Assembly: GCF_009914755.1 (NCBI RefSeq)
Contig: NC_060932.1
Strand: one strand, 5' to 3'
From: the human T2T-CHM13v2.0 reference genome, Homo sapiens
DNA: 64,000 nt
The translations under genes and the position numbers were made by a program. The notes beneath the pieces were generated by a model. That model saw only the letters and a program-made list of their open reading frames with translations. It had not been told where the DNA came from and did no database searches. Below, one piece after another: positions 1 to 12,756 of this stretch (the stretch's first letter is position 1; every line of letters starts with the position of its first letter).

Positions 1-56
1 ATCAATTGATGTCTTATGGGACTACAGAACCTCATGGAAGAGGATGATGGGTCATG

Positions 57-453
57 TGTCATCATGAGCTGAATTGTCCTCCCAAAGTTCATATGTTGTT
101 GAAGCCCTAAGCACCAGTCCCTCAGAGCGTGACTGTATTTGCAGATAAGACATAAAGAGGTGGTTAAAATTAAATGAGGCTATTAGGGTGGCCCCTAATC
201 TTATCTGACTGATGTTCTTATAAATAAAATAAATTTGGACAGATAAGGAGATACCAGGTTTGCATGCATAGAGAAGAAAGGCTATATGAGGACACAGACA
301 AAAGGCATGTCAAAAGGAGAGACCTCGGGAGAAAGCAACCCCGTGGCACAATGATCTTGCACTTCCAGCCTCCGGAACTGTGAGAAAATAAACTATTGTT
401 TAAGTCATCCAGCCCGTCGTATTTTGTTATGACACCCCAAGCAATCTGGTACA
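57..453 (+). mobile_element. MaLR solo LTR (MLT1A/B/C-like)
   Basis: Start 'gagctgaattgtcctcccaaagttcatatgttg' and end 'tttaagtcatccagcc...tattttgttatgacaccccaagcaatctggtaca' resemble MLT1 LTR termini. Confidence 0.75.
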
Positions 454-1289
454 TGTGTATTTGGCAACTGGGTCATTAAGAAAACAACCATGTCTATACA
501 TCTGTCTACTTTTCCAACTTACACTGACCCTGCAGAAGGTGCGGATATAGATTACAGCTCTCCTGTACGAGGAGCATGAATTTGATGAAAGAAACAGCCA
601 TTGATTATATCAATGAAGCCTTCTGTTTTTCTTAAGATCATTGCTGGTCAAATTTTAGAAGTTAGAAACAGATGGTTAAGGTCAGTGATGTTTTCAAACA
701 AAGTACTCTTAGAACGGATGATTTGTATTTCACAAGGAAAAAAATAATAGGTGTGCCAAAACTCTGGAGGAGTGAACGAATTACAAGAAAATGAAGCTTC
801 ACGACACTCAAAGAAGTAAGAGGTTTTTGACTTTTCACTTTTCTGATGTAAAGACAGATGTCTACTAACAGAAAAGCATAAAGAGAAAGAAAAGGGAGCA
901 TATTTTAAAACAGGTGCATTGTGACTAATACCCTAGTAAAATATGCATGAAAAATATTCATGCAACAACACAGAATAGATTTACAAAATGATCAGAGGAA
1001 ACTGTTCTTGCTCTATGGCTCATTCTCAAAAAGTCAGCAGACTGTATTTGATAAAACATGTAGAAAGATAAGAGATAAAAATATGTTTTACTAATAATTT
1101 TAGTATTAAAGATGTGAATATTTCTGAACTTTATTAGTATTAACAGTTTTAAAATATACTGTGCAAAGAGATCTCACTAATTGAAAGCACTATGAAAGTC
1201 AGTTTCCTATATTAGCCCATCTCTTCAAAAGAATAAATAACAGGAAGAGATGATGGAAGGACATATTTTCAACATTTTTATAATTTGAT

Positions 1290-2640
1290 ATCAACTCCAT
1301 TACAGTATAACTTTCATTTAAAAGTTGAACCTATTTTAAGCAAACAGTGTGATGATTTTGACAAATGTAACCACCATCACAATAAACTGTAGAATAATCC
1401 TATTATTCTAGAAAGTTCCTTTGCTCCCTTTCCAGTCAATCCTACCCACCTCTGCTTCTAGTCAATCATGCATATGCTTTTTCCATCTTTATAGATTTGA
1501 TTGGTCATTTCTAGATTGTCTTATAAATAGAATAATACAATGTATACTTTTTGTGACTGGCTTTTTCGCTTCACATCATGTTTTTGAGATCTACCCTCAT
1601 TGCTGCATATGGCAGTAGTTTTCTCATTTTTATTGTTGGATAATATCCTATTATGTGGATATTACCACAGTTTGTTTATCCATTCACCAGCTTATGGACA
1701 TGGCTGTTTAAAATTTTTGACTATTATGAATAAAGCAGTTATGAATGTTCACATGCCAGATTTTATGTAGACATACATTTTCATTTCTTTTTGGTAAATA
1801 CCTAAAAGTGGAATTTCTAGATAATTTGATAAGTGTATGGTAAACATTATAAAAAATTCCCAAACAGATTTCCAAAGTGATTATATCATTTTATACTCCT
1901 ATTTGAAATATATAAAAGTTCCAAGGCCAATACTTTTTATTGCTGATGTTTTCCATTATCAGCCATTCTACCAGGTGAGTGATACCCATTCTGGTCTGGA
2001 TTTGCATTTCCGTGGTGATTAATGATGTTGAGTATCTTTTATGTGTTTATTGGCCATTTGTAGATCTGCTTTTTTGAAGCAACTGTACAAATTTTTTGTT
2101 ATACATTATTTGATTGATTTTATTCTTACTATTGAGTTGTGGCTACAAGTCCTTTGTCAAATATATGTATTGCAGATATTTTCTCCCAGCCCGTGGCTTT
2201 CTTTTCCAATTTCTTAATGAAATCTTTCAAAAAGCAAAAATATTTAGTTTTAGTGAAGTTCAATTGATCAATGTTTTAATGATTAATGCTTTTTGTGTAT
2301 TAATAAATCTCAACCTATCCCAAGGTTGAGAGGAAAATATAGAGAAAACTCCTATATTTTCTTTTAGAAGTTTTATTATTTTTTACTGTTATATTTAGGT
2401 CTATGATTTTGAGTAAATATACAACTTTGGAATAAGAGTTAATGTTCTTTTTTATTCTAGTTTCAATATCATTTGTTTGAAGGTTTACTTCTTACCTATT
2501 AAATGCATTGGCATTTTTGGCTGTAACTCAGTGTGTCTTATATGTATGATATAATTCTGGACTCTCTAGTCTCTTCCACTGATTTACATGTGTAGCCCTG
2601 CATTAATGTCATACTACCATAATAATCGTTTCTTTGTAAT
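1290..2640 (-). mobile_element. Old L1M (L1MB/MC/MD-type) 3' portion
   Basis: Antisense L1 ORF2-end/3'UTR motifs ('ttatccattcacc', 'tttgcatttcc..gattaatgatgttgagtatcttt'); boundaries approximate. Confidence 0.7.
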
Positions 2641-2725
2641 AATGCCATACATGTTTAACCTGTTTCAGTGATCTGAAACAGTAATTGGGAGGTATGTAGG
2701 GACATATTTAGAAACATTATCTTTA

Positions 2726-4544
2726 GCTCAACTTCAAGATGGCTGACTAGAGACATCTGGTACTCGCCTCTTCCACAAAGAAGAACCAAAATAGCAAGCA
2801 GATAATCACACTTCAAATATATCCTCTAAGAGAGAACATTGGAATTCTACAGAGAAGTGACAGCAAACACCTAAAGCAAGGAAGGCAAGGGAAACGAAGC
2901 AAGGAAGACAAGGGAAACAAAGCAGTCTGCTCCACTTGGATGGGCTGGGAGTTGGGAGAGGGTCCCCAGCATGGGAAAACGGTTCATGAGTGACCCCCAG
3001 CAGTCCACATTACAAGGCTATCATGACCAAAATAGCATGGCATTGGTATAAAAACAGACACTTAGATCAATAGAGCAGAACAAAGAACACAGAAATAAAC
3101 CCATGTATTACATTCAACTGATTTTGACAAAGGTGCCAAGAACATACACTGGAGAAAGGAAACCCTCTTCAATAAATGGTTCTGGGAAAATTGGCTATCC
3201 ATATGCAGAAGAATAAAACTGGACCCCTATCATTCATTATACACAAACATCAACTCAAGACATATTAAAGAGTTAAATGTAAGACCTGAAACTATAAAAC
3301 TACTAGAAGAAAACATAGGGAAAACACTTAAGGACATTGGTTTATGCAGATTTTATGGTTAAGCCCTCAAAAGCACAGGCAACAAAAACAAAAATAGATG
3401 AATGGGACTACATTAAACTAAAAAGCTTCTTTAGTCAAAAGAAACAATTAATAGAATGAAGAGACACTTTGTTGAATGGGAGAAAATATTTGCAAACTAT
3501 TCATCCAACAAGAGACTAATATCCAGAATTTACAAGGAACTCAAACAATTCAAGAGTAAAAAAATAACCCCATTAAAAAGTGGACCAAGGGCATGAATAG
3601 ACATTTGTCAAAAAAAGACATATGGATGAGCAATAGGCATATGAAAAAATGCTCAACATCACTAATTATTAGGGAATTGGCAATCAAAACCACAATGACA
3701 TATCACCTTACCATTGTTAGGATGGCTACTATTAAAAAAGACAAAAAATAACAGGTGCTGGTAAGGATGTGGAGAAGAGAAAACTCGTATACACTCTTAG
3801 TGGGAATGGAAATTAGTACAGCCACTATGGAAAACAGTATGGAGATTTCACAAAAAACCATAAATAAAACTATCATACACTTCAGCATCCCACTCCTGAG
3901 TATTTATCCAAAGAAAAATAAATTAGTATATCAAAGAGATACCTGTACTCCCATGTTTATCGCAGCACTATTCATGATAGCAAAGATATACAACCAGCTT
4001 AACTGCCCATCAGTGTATGAATGGATAAAGAAAAGGTGGCATATGTATACAGTGGAATACTATTTGGACATGAAAAATGAAATCATGTTATTTACAGCAA
4101 TAGGAATGGAACTGCAGGTCATTATGTTAAGTGAGATAAGCCAGACACAGAAAGACAAATTTCAAGTTCTCACCAATATGTGGGAGCTAAAATGTGTGAT
4201 CTTATGGAGGTCCGGAGTAGAATGATAGTTACCAGAGACTGTGAAGGATGTGGGGTGATGGGATATGGAGAAGTTGGTTAATGTGTACAAATATACAGCT
4301 GGATAGAAGGAATAAGTTCTAATGTTCATAACAGAGTAGGGTGAGTATAGTTAGCAACAATGTATTGTATATTTCAGAATAGCTAGAAGAGAACACTTGA
4401 AATATTCTCAACACATAGAAATGATCAATGTTCAAGGTGATGGACACCCCAAATACCCTGCCTGAATTATTACACAGTTTATCCATTTAACACAATATCA
4501 CATGTACCTCATAAATATGCACAAATATTTGTATCAATAAAAAA
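2726..4544 (+). mobile_element. L1MA-type element, 5'UTR start joined to distal ORF2 and 3'UTR (large internal deletion near 3010)
   Basis: 'cttcaagatggctgactagag' L1M 5' start; ORF2 C-terminal peptide 'TCTPMFIAALF' (ORF 3755-4225); L1MA 3'UTR with aataaa near 4537. Confidence 0.8.
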
Positions 4545-4999
4545 GAATGTTTTGTTTAACAGAAAGAGACAACTTTAGAGTGTTTTGGTGTTTCTGGGCC
4601 ACCAAAATAAGCTATTTGCACACAGTAATAGCACTTCTAATAATGCACTATTAGTATACAGAGGATTAAAATATATGTACAGATCCACAGAGAGAGAGCA
4701 AATAAAAACAATCAGCTACAACTTATGCATTTAGCATAACCCAAAGAATACAATAAATGTCAAGTTGTCTATAATTAGAAAAATAAATGTCCAAATTCAA
4801 AATACCCAGCTCCAGAACCTATGCTGGTAGAGAGCATCAAGTGGACACTGTGTAGAAACGAGGAAAGAAGTTGGGGCATAGAGATGACAGAACATGGAGA
4901 TAAATCATTCCTGATAGCATATCACCTTTCATGGGGAGATAGGAAGTGTGTCAGTGTTGTGCTTTGAGAGCAGTAGCTACCAGGAATACAAAATGAAGA

Positions 5000-6730
5000 G
5001 AAATAAAGTCTAAATTACAAAAATCCCAGAGCAGAAGGGATTTAAATGAAAATATAGTAAGGTACATGAAGAAAAAGCCAAAAGAATATAATTAATTTTT
5101 AGAAGTGGAAAGAATTACATTGAAAGAAATACATGATAAGCAAAGAAGATAATATACATACATATAATGGTCCATGAAATAGAGAAATCAGTGGAAAATA
5201 ATTAAAATCTAAAACTATTATTCAAGAAAACTTTCTGGAAATAAAAGACCTAAATCTACATATTCTAGGGTCTACTGTATACCCGATAACTGATGTATTC
5301 TAATAAATCTAATAGACTTCAGAGACTGAGAAAACAATCTTCAGGGCATCAGGACAAAGGTGTCATTCAGAAAGGGAAGAAAACATGGTTGACAAAAGAC
5401 TTATTGGCAATCACACACAAAGCAAGAAAACAGTAGACTGGTATTTTAAACAGTCTTTACGAGTGAGAACCAACAAATATAATATTCAGCTAAGCTATTG
5501 TTATTTACAAAGGAAAGTCAATCTAGTTGACCACTGACTTCTTGACAACTACATATGAAGTAATACAACACCAGAGCAACCTGTACTCCCATGTTTATCG
5601 CAGCACTATTCACAGTAGCAACCCAAATGCCCACCAATGGTGGATTGGATAAAGAAAATGTACCTATACACCATGGACTACTACGCAGCCGTGAAAAGAA
5701 CAAAATCTGGTGCATATGTACCATGGAACACTGCACAATGATAAAAAAAAAAAAATCTAAATCATGTCCTTTGCAGCAACATGGAAGCAGCTGGAGACTA
5801 TTATCCTAAGTGAATTAATGCCAAAACAGGAAGCCAAATACCACATATTCTCACATAAATGAGAGCTTAACTGCAAACACATGGACATGAAGATGGCAGC
5901 AATAGACACTGGGGACTCGTAAAGGGAGTCCTTAAAAAGGAGAGAATGAAAACAAACAAATTAAATCACCAACTCAAAAAGCTAAAAAGTTAACCAAGGA
6001 AATAAAGAGAAAACATAAGAAAGAAAATAATAAAGATTAAAATAAAATTTGTTGAGTTAGAAAATAGAAAAATAATTGAACTAAAATTAACAAAATAGAT
6101 CATCGGGTAACTTGAGAATAAAGGGAGGAAAGGACAAATTCACAGAATTTAAAATGATGATTTTAAATCCAAAAATAAAATGTATCATTTCCTAAGAAAA
6201 TAAAATTAAACCAAATCTGTCACAAAAGATCTAGAAAGATTAGAAGGATTAATTTCCATAGAGGAAACAGATAAAAGAATCACAAAAGTTACCTATCTCA
6301 GGAAATTCTTAAGTGAATTTTACCAAAACTCTAAAAGACAAATAATTCCAATATTACATATATTGTTATGGAATTTATAATGAAAACTTCTACTCTTCTT
6401 ATGGAAAAAGTATAATGTTGATAACTAATTCTAAGAAAGATAGCATCAAAAAGAAAAAATAAAAACCTTCAGATCCATATCACTTATTAATGTTGATGGA
6501 AAAATTCTGAATCAAATACAAGCAATAAAATAATAAATTGTATCACTTATTCTAGGAATAAGAATGATTCAACATTTAAAATTAAATAAAATAACACGTT
6601 AATAGATACAATGAGACAATCATTATTATTTCCATATGTATAAAAAGGACTTTGATAAAATTTAATGCTGCTATAAAACAGAGTAAAATAGAATGATAGA
6701 TATATATTTATTACAATAAATTGTATGCAC
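5000..6730 (+). mobile_element. Degenerate old L1 ORF1/ORF2 remnants with an L1P 3' fragment (~5570-5930)
   Basis: 'attcaagaaaactttctggaaataaaagac' (ORF1-like), '[10 protein letters not shown]' peptide, 'tcacttattaatgttgatggaaaaattctg' (ORF2-like). Confidence 0.6.
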
Positions 6731-6802
6731 GTCAGTTCGAAAGTCATTTTTTAAAATATCTTTTTCATTAGTTGAGTCTAATCATTATAAAAGTAGAAGT
6801 AA

Positions 6803-7065
<263 letters not shown>

Positions 7066-7176
7066 AAGTAGAAGTAAAATTCTTATTGCTGAAGAAAAAT
7101 AATATACTTGAAAACTAGAGAGAGCCAACAATAAATCTAACTCAATCTAAGGTTGCAGAATATAAAATAACATAAA

Positions 7177-7286
7177 AAATCAATAGTCTTCACATATTTG
7201 AATCATAGGCAGCTAGAACCGAGGCCCGCAGAAATCAATAGTCTTCCCATATTTGAATCATAGGCAGCTAGAACCAAGGCCCGCAG
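7177..7286. repeat. 55-bp tandem duplication
   Basis: 7177-7231 and 7232-7286 differ at 2 positions. Confidence 0.95.
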
Positions 7287-7313
7287 ATTTTTTCTGAAAA
7301 CAGAGAATAAATA

Positions 7314-8583
7314 CAATCATGAGCCGCATAACAACGTCTTAGTCAACAATGGACTGCATATACTACAGTTGTCTCACAAGGTTATGAAGGGCTGAAAAAT
7401 TCCTGTTGTCTAGACATCTTAACATTGTAACATCATAGCACAAAGCATTACTTGCATATTTGTGATGATGCTAATTTAAACAGATCTACCAAGCTGGCAG
7501 TTGTATACAAGTCTAGCACATACAATTCTATACAGTACATAATACTTGATAATAAACGACTATGTTACTCATTTATGTATTTACTATACTATACTTGTTA
7601 TGGTTATTTTAAAGGGTACTCCTTTTACTTATTAAAACAAAATGTTAACTAGAAAACAACCTCAGGCAGGTCCTTCAAACGGTATCCAGAAGAAGCATTT
7701 GTTATCATAGTAGATGACAGCTCCATGTGTGTAATTGCCCCTGAAGACTTTCTAGTGGGACAGGATGTGGAGGTGGGAGACAGTGATAATGATGATACTG
7801 ACCCTGTGTTGTCTTAGGCTAATGTGTGCATTCAGCTTTTAATAAAATACTTTAAAAAGTAAACAAACTAGAAATAAAAACAGAAAGAAGCTTATAGGGT
7901 AGGGAAAATATTTTTGTACAGCTTTACAATGTCTTTGTGTTTCAAGTGTTATTACAAAAGAGTCAAAAAGTTTCAAAATTTTGAATGTTTAAAAAGTAAT
8001 CTGTGCAAGTCCCTGTGACACCAGTTTTCCTGTATAACAAACCTGCACATGTACCCAAGAACTTAAAAGTTAAAAAATATATATGTTACAGTAAGCTGTT
8101 AATTTATTATTGAAGAAAGCAAAATATTTTAAAATAAATTTAATGTAGCCTAAATGTACAGTGTTTATAAAGTCTACAGTAGTGTACAATAAAGTCCTAG
8201 GCCTTCACATTCACCCACTACTCGATCACTGACTCACTCACAGCAACTTCTTCTCCTGAGAGCTCCATTCATGGTAAATACCCTATATAGGTGTACCACT
8301 TTTAAAATCTTTTATAGCATATTTTAATTTATCATTTCTTTGTTCATATATGCTTAAATACACAAATACCATTGTGTTATAATTGCCTACAGTATTCCGT
8401 ACAGTAACATGCTGCACAGGTTTGTAGCCTATGAGCAATAGGTTATACCATCTAGTCTAGGTGTGTAGCAGGCTGTACCATCTAGGTTTGTGTAAGTGCA
8501 CCCAAGGATGTTTACACAATGATGAAATGACTTAACAATGCATTTCCCAGAACATATCCTTGTCGTTAAGCAACACATGACTG
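7314..8583 (+). mobile_element. Tigger3b/GOLEM-type DNA transposon
   Basis: TIRs 'caatcatgagccgcataacaacg' and 'gtcgttaagcaacacatgactg', flanked by TA. Confidence 0.85.
7997..8078 (+). mobile_element. Short L1PA 3'-tip insertion inside Tigger3
   Basis: 'taatctgtgcaag..ccctgtgacaccagttt..ataacaaacctgcacatgtaccc' L1PA 3' end motif. Confidence 0.7.
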
Positions 8584-9159
8584 TATTTTAGGTTTTGTAG
8601 CATTAGAGGTAAAATCAGGGATTTTATAAGTACGTGTATAACAAGAGAGAATGAATTTCCACAAAAAATGTATTGATAAAGTCCAAAATATAATAACTGA
8701 GTAAATTTTTTGCATGTAAGTTGCACATAGGTTGCACACAGTTTCTCCAATTAGAAAAATGGAATTATCTTTCTCGGGGACAACATCTCACTTAATTAGT
8801 ATTACTGACTTTTATGAAGAAAATCTGTTGGAAATGTTCAAGTAGTTTCCAGAAATTACCTGCATGTGAATAATACAAATATTTTGTATTTTCAAAGCTT
8901 TGAATTTTTTTCCAAGTAAATCTTTTTCTTCTCCACACATATTTTTACCATGATTGGATGTAACAGAACTTCAAAGATTTCACTTCAGGTTGTACTGAAT
9001 TAGAGTTTTCTCAAATATTTGAGAAATATTTGACAAATTAGAGTTTTCTCAAATATATGCAGACTTCATAGAAGCTAATTCTTCAGTCACTCAAATTCAA
9101 CACTGACTTCTTGAATAAACAACAGCTGGTCCTTTGTCATCTTATTACATGGATAAATT

Positions 9160-11470
9160 GGTGTAACTACCACCACACAATCAAGATACAGAGCTATTCA
9201 GTCATCACAAAGATCTCCCGTGTGGTAACCCTTAAGTCACACCACCATCATTACCACCATCTCTGACCCCTGACAACCACTAATCTCTTTCCCATCTTTG
9301 TAATTTCATAATTTAAAAAACAATATATAAATGAAGTCATATAGCCTGCTGCCTTTTGCAATGTTTCCATGCTCATAATGCCCTTGAAATAATTGAAATT
9401 GTTGAGTATATCAATAGTTATTTTTTAATTTTTAACACTGATGATTCATATGGATATACCACAGTTTACTTAATTATTGAGAGACATCTTGGTTATTTTC
9501 AGTTTTTGGCTATTACAAATAAAGCTGCTATGAACAAATGGGTATCAGTTTTTGTGTGGACCTAAATTTTTATTTTTCTGTGATAAATGCTGAGGAATTC
9601 ATTTGTTGAATCAATCAGTAAGTGTACGTTTAGCTTTTTAAGAAACTGCCAAAATAGTTTCCAGAGTGGGTGCCTTTACATCATATTACAAACCCACCAG
9701 CAATGTATGAGAGACTGAGTTTCTCCACATTCTTACCAGCATGTGGTGGTGTTACTATTTTTACTTTAGCTCCTCTCATAGGTATATAATGATATCTCAT
9801 TGCGGTCTTAATTTGCACTTCTCTGGTGACTCATGAGGTTGAACATCTTTTCATGTGCTTGCTATCTATATATTCTCTTCAGTGAAGCCTCTCCTTATAT
9901 TTTTTGTCCATGTTTTAGTTGAATTAATTGCTCTTTACTGTTGAGTTTTGGGTTGTCTTTTTTTTTTCAGATATGTGGTATTAAAATATTTTCTTCCAGT
10001 ATATACATTGTTTTTTTAATTCTCTTCATGAAGTCCTCTACAGACAAAAGTTTTTATTTTGATGAAGTCCAAGTTATCAATTTTATTTTTCTATGGAACA
10101 CACTTTTGGTGTCACAGCTAAGAATTCTTTACCAACCTCTCATTGAAAATCCCAAAGATTTTCTCCAATTTTATAAGCTAAAAATTTTATACTTGTTTTA
10201 CATTTAAATATATAATGTTTTGTTTAATATTTATGTAAAGTGTGAAGTTTATGTCAAGATTTCATATTTTATTATGGATATCTAATTGTTCAACACCATG
10301 TTTTGAAAAAATTATTCTCTGTTAAATTGCCTTTACATCATTGTCGAACATCAGTTGGCCATCGCTGTGTGGGACTATTCTTGGATTTTTACTCTGTTCT
10401 AACAATATACATGTATGTATGTATGTATACACCTATACATGCATATATAGAGAAAGAGTATGCATACAAATTCAATTTCATTAATAGTTATTGGGCTATT
10501 TAAATTGTCTATTTCTTATTGAGTAAGTTATAGTAGTTTGTACTTGTCAAATGGATGTACAAAGTTGTTCAGAGTATCCACTTTTCCTTTAGCTGTGCCA
10601 TGAGACACTGGGTCTTTTGTGAATCTTGTGTTTTGGCAGCTCCCTCTGACACAATTCCAGTGGGAGAAGGGGAACTACCTCATTTCACCAAGTGGGGTTG
10701 GATGCCCAGGGCTTCCACTAGGCCTCTGTTGACAGTTGGAGGGATGGGCTCCTTGTTACCACAGGTAGAGGTGGAAATTCAGGCTCCCGACATGGCCACC
10801 ACTTACACTGGGAGGGGAGTGGTCCTCGTTGTCTCTGAGGGGTTGTGAAAGCCCTGACTTTCCACTAGCCCTCCTCTTAGACCACTGTCCCGGGTAGGGG
10901 TGAATTCCAGTCTCCCCTGGTCATTGGCGCCTACCCTGTGAGTGCAGGGCGGTCCTCATTACCACCAGTCAGGAACAAAGATCCTATTTCCCCACCCAGC
11001 CTCTGATAATCATGGCGGGGGGTTGGGGTCCCTTTTTTCAGCCTGGAGAGTGTGGATAGATGTCCACATTCTCCACTCCACCTTTGCTGGTGGGGCTGAA
11101 GGTTGACCTCATATTTGTCTGTGGTGTTTGGCTGCAGTAGAGTGGTTATTATCTGAAAGCTCTCTGGTTAGGTGGCCCCTTGCCTGGCCCTTTGGCTAGA
11201 GTAAGCAGAAAGTTTACTTGGGGCTTTTATTGTCTGTGTTCATTGGCATTATTAGGTTTCTGGATTCTCCATTCCCCAGTATGGGATATATGAGTCAGAA
11301 AGAAAACTCAGGGAACTCATTGCAATGTCATTGCTTTGGCCCTAAACTCCCTTTTCAGTCTGCCTTCTTCTCTACATCTTTCAGAGTCTTCTTACGTTTT
11401 TTGTATATATTATCTAGGGCATTTAGCTGTACTTATTGGGAAGAATATGGACAGAATGTTTACTCCATCT
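9160..11470 (-). mobile_element. Old L1MC/MD-type element (3' part plus GC-richer 5' part, internally deleted)
   Basis: Antisense L1M 3' motifs 9160-10550; 'gtggtgtttggctgcagtagagtggttatt' L1M 5'-region motif. Confidence 0.6.
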
Positions 11471-11769
11471 ATTGCCCTCCGTGTCCTCAACTATTCAAGC
11501 AACTGTTATCACTAAAAGGCTAATAGTTTTAATCGTTTATTTTCTCAAGACACATTCCTTCATCTGCTGCAATCAAACACAATTTAATTAACTCAACTTT
11601 AGTAGACAGTTTCCCTTGCTTGGCTAACAAATGAGCTGCTCAGAAGCTTACATTGACTTAAACTTCATTTCAATTTTTTAAATTTTTCTGAATAAATTTT
11701 GCTTTGATATTTCATTTTAAAATTTCTAGTTTTTCTGAAATTCCTTTTTCTATGAGTGGGAATATTATA

Positions 11770-11945
11770 GTGTGCTTAGCCAAATAATGTTGATGGTTAT
11801 TATATTATTGTAGCGCAGCTACCATATCACTACATAATAAACACAATGCTTTGCCATCTAATTTGATAACAAAATAATCCATACTCCACTCTGCCTTAAA
11901 AGAACGACATTCAAAACCAACTTTTCTCTTTTCTTGCTCTGACAT
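11770..11945 (-). pseudogene. hAT transposase N-terminal zinc-finger remnant
   Basis: Manual translation MSEQEKRKVGFECRSFKAEWSMDYFVIKLDGKALCLLCSDMVAALQ*YNNHQHYLAKH fits the Buster/SPIN/GTF2IRD2-type CxxC...HxxxxH finger. Confidence 0.75.
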
Positions 11946-12111
11946 TGTGGGTATTCACTAGTAATAAAAAAAAATTATTAAATGTCATGGCACAATACTA
12001 GGCATGCTAGTTCAAGATGTTAGTCAGTTATAACTGGGACATTGTGATTTGTAGTATGCCAAGCAGCAATGGAAAGTAATGAGTGTGGCACAGAACCTTT
12101 GTTGCATGTAG

Positions 12112-12472
12112 AGATGGTCCCCAATTTACAATGGTTCAACTTAACAATTTTTTGACTTTATGATAACATGAAAGTGATATGTTTTCAGTAGAAAACATAT
12201 GTTGAGTAACCACACAACCATTGTTTTTCACTTTCAGTACAGTATTCAACAAATTACATGAAATATTCAATACTTTACCATAAAATAGGGGATTTTTTAG
12301 ATGATTTTGTTCAACTGTAGACAAATATGTGTTTTGGGCATGTTTAAGGGAAACTAGGCTAAGCTGTGATGTCTGGTAGGTTAAGGGTATTAAGTGCATT
12401 TTCGATTTACAATATTTTCAACTTATGATGGGATTATCAGGATGAAATCCATCATAAATCCAAGAGCATCAG
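12112..12472 (-). mobile_element. MER47A (Tigger5-derived MITE)
   Basis: Matches recalled MER47A consensus across ~360 bp; TA-flanked. Confidence 0.85.
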
Positions 12473-12756
12473 TATTTAGCCTTGCTATTGCAATGCAAAA
12501 GGAGGCATAGGATATATAATCAAATGAGCATGGTTGTGTTGAAATAAAACTTTATTACAGACACTGGAATCCACAGGAAACCAAATACAGAAGAGCACAT
12601 AGCCTGTGATTTCATGTGTATGAAATTCATGAATAGGCAAAAGGAATACATAGGGATAAAAATTACAATAGTAGTTTCCTCTAGAGCAGTGTAGAAGAAA
12701 GAAGATTGACTAGAAATGTGCATAAAAGAACTTTCTTGGGTAATAGAAATATTCTA

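Larger units (their letters stand above)
7275..12570 (-). mobile_element. Fragmented hAT/Charlie-group DNA transposon (Cheshire/MER58-like) hosting nested elements
   Basis: MER58-like left end 'ttttttctgaaaacagagaataaata|ttttaggttttg', MER58-like 'gttgtgttgaaataaaactttatt' near 12535-12556, transposase N-terminus remnant on minus strand from 11945. Confidence 0.7.
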
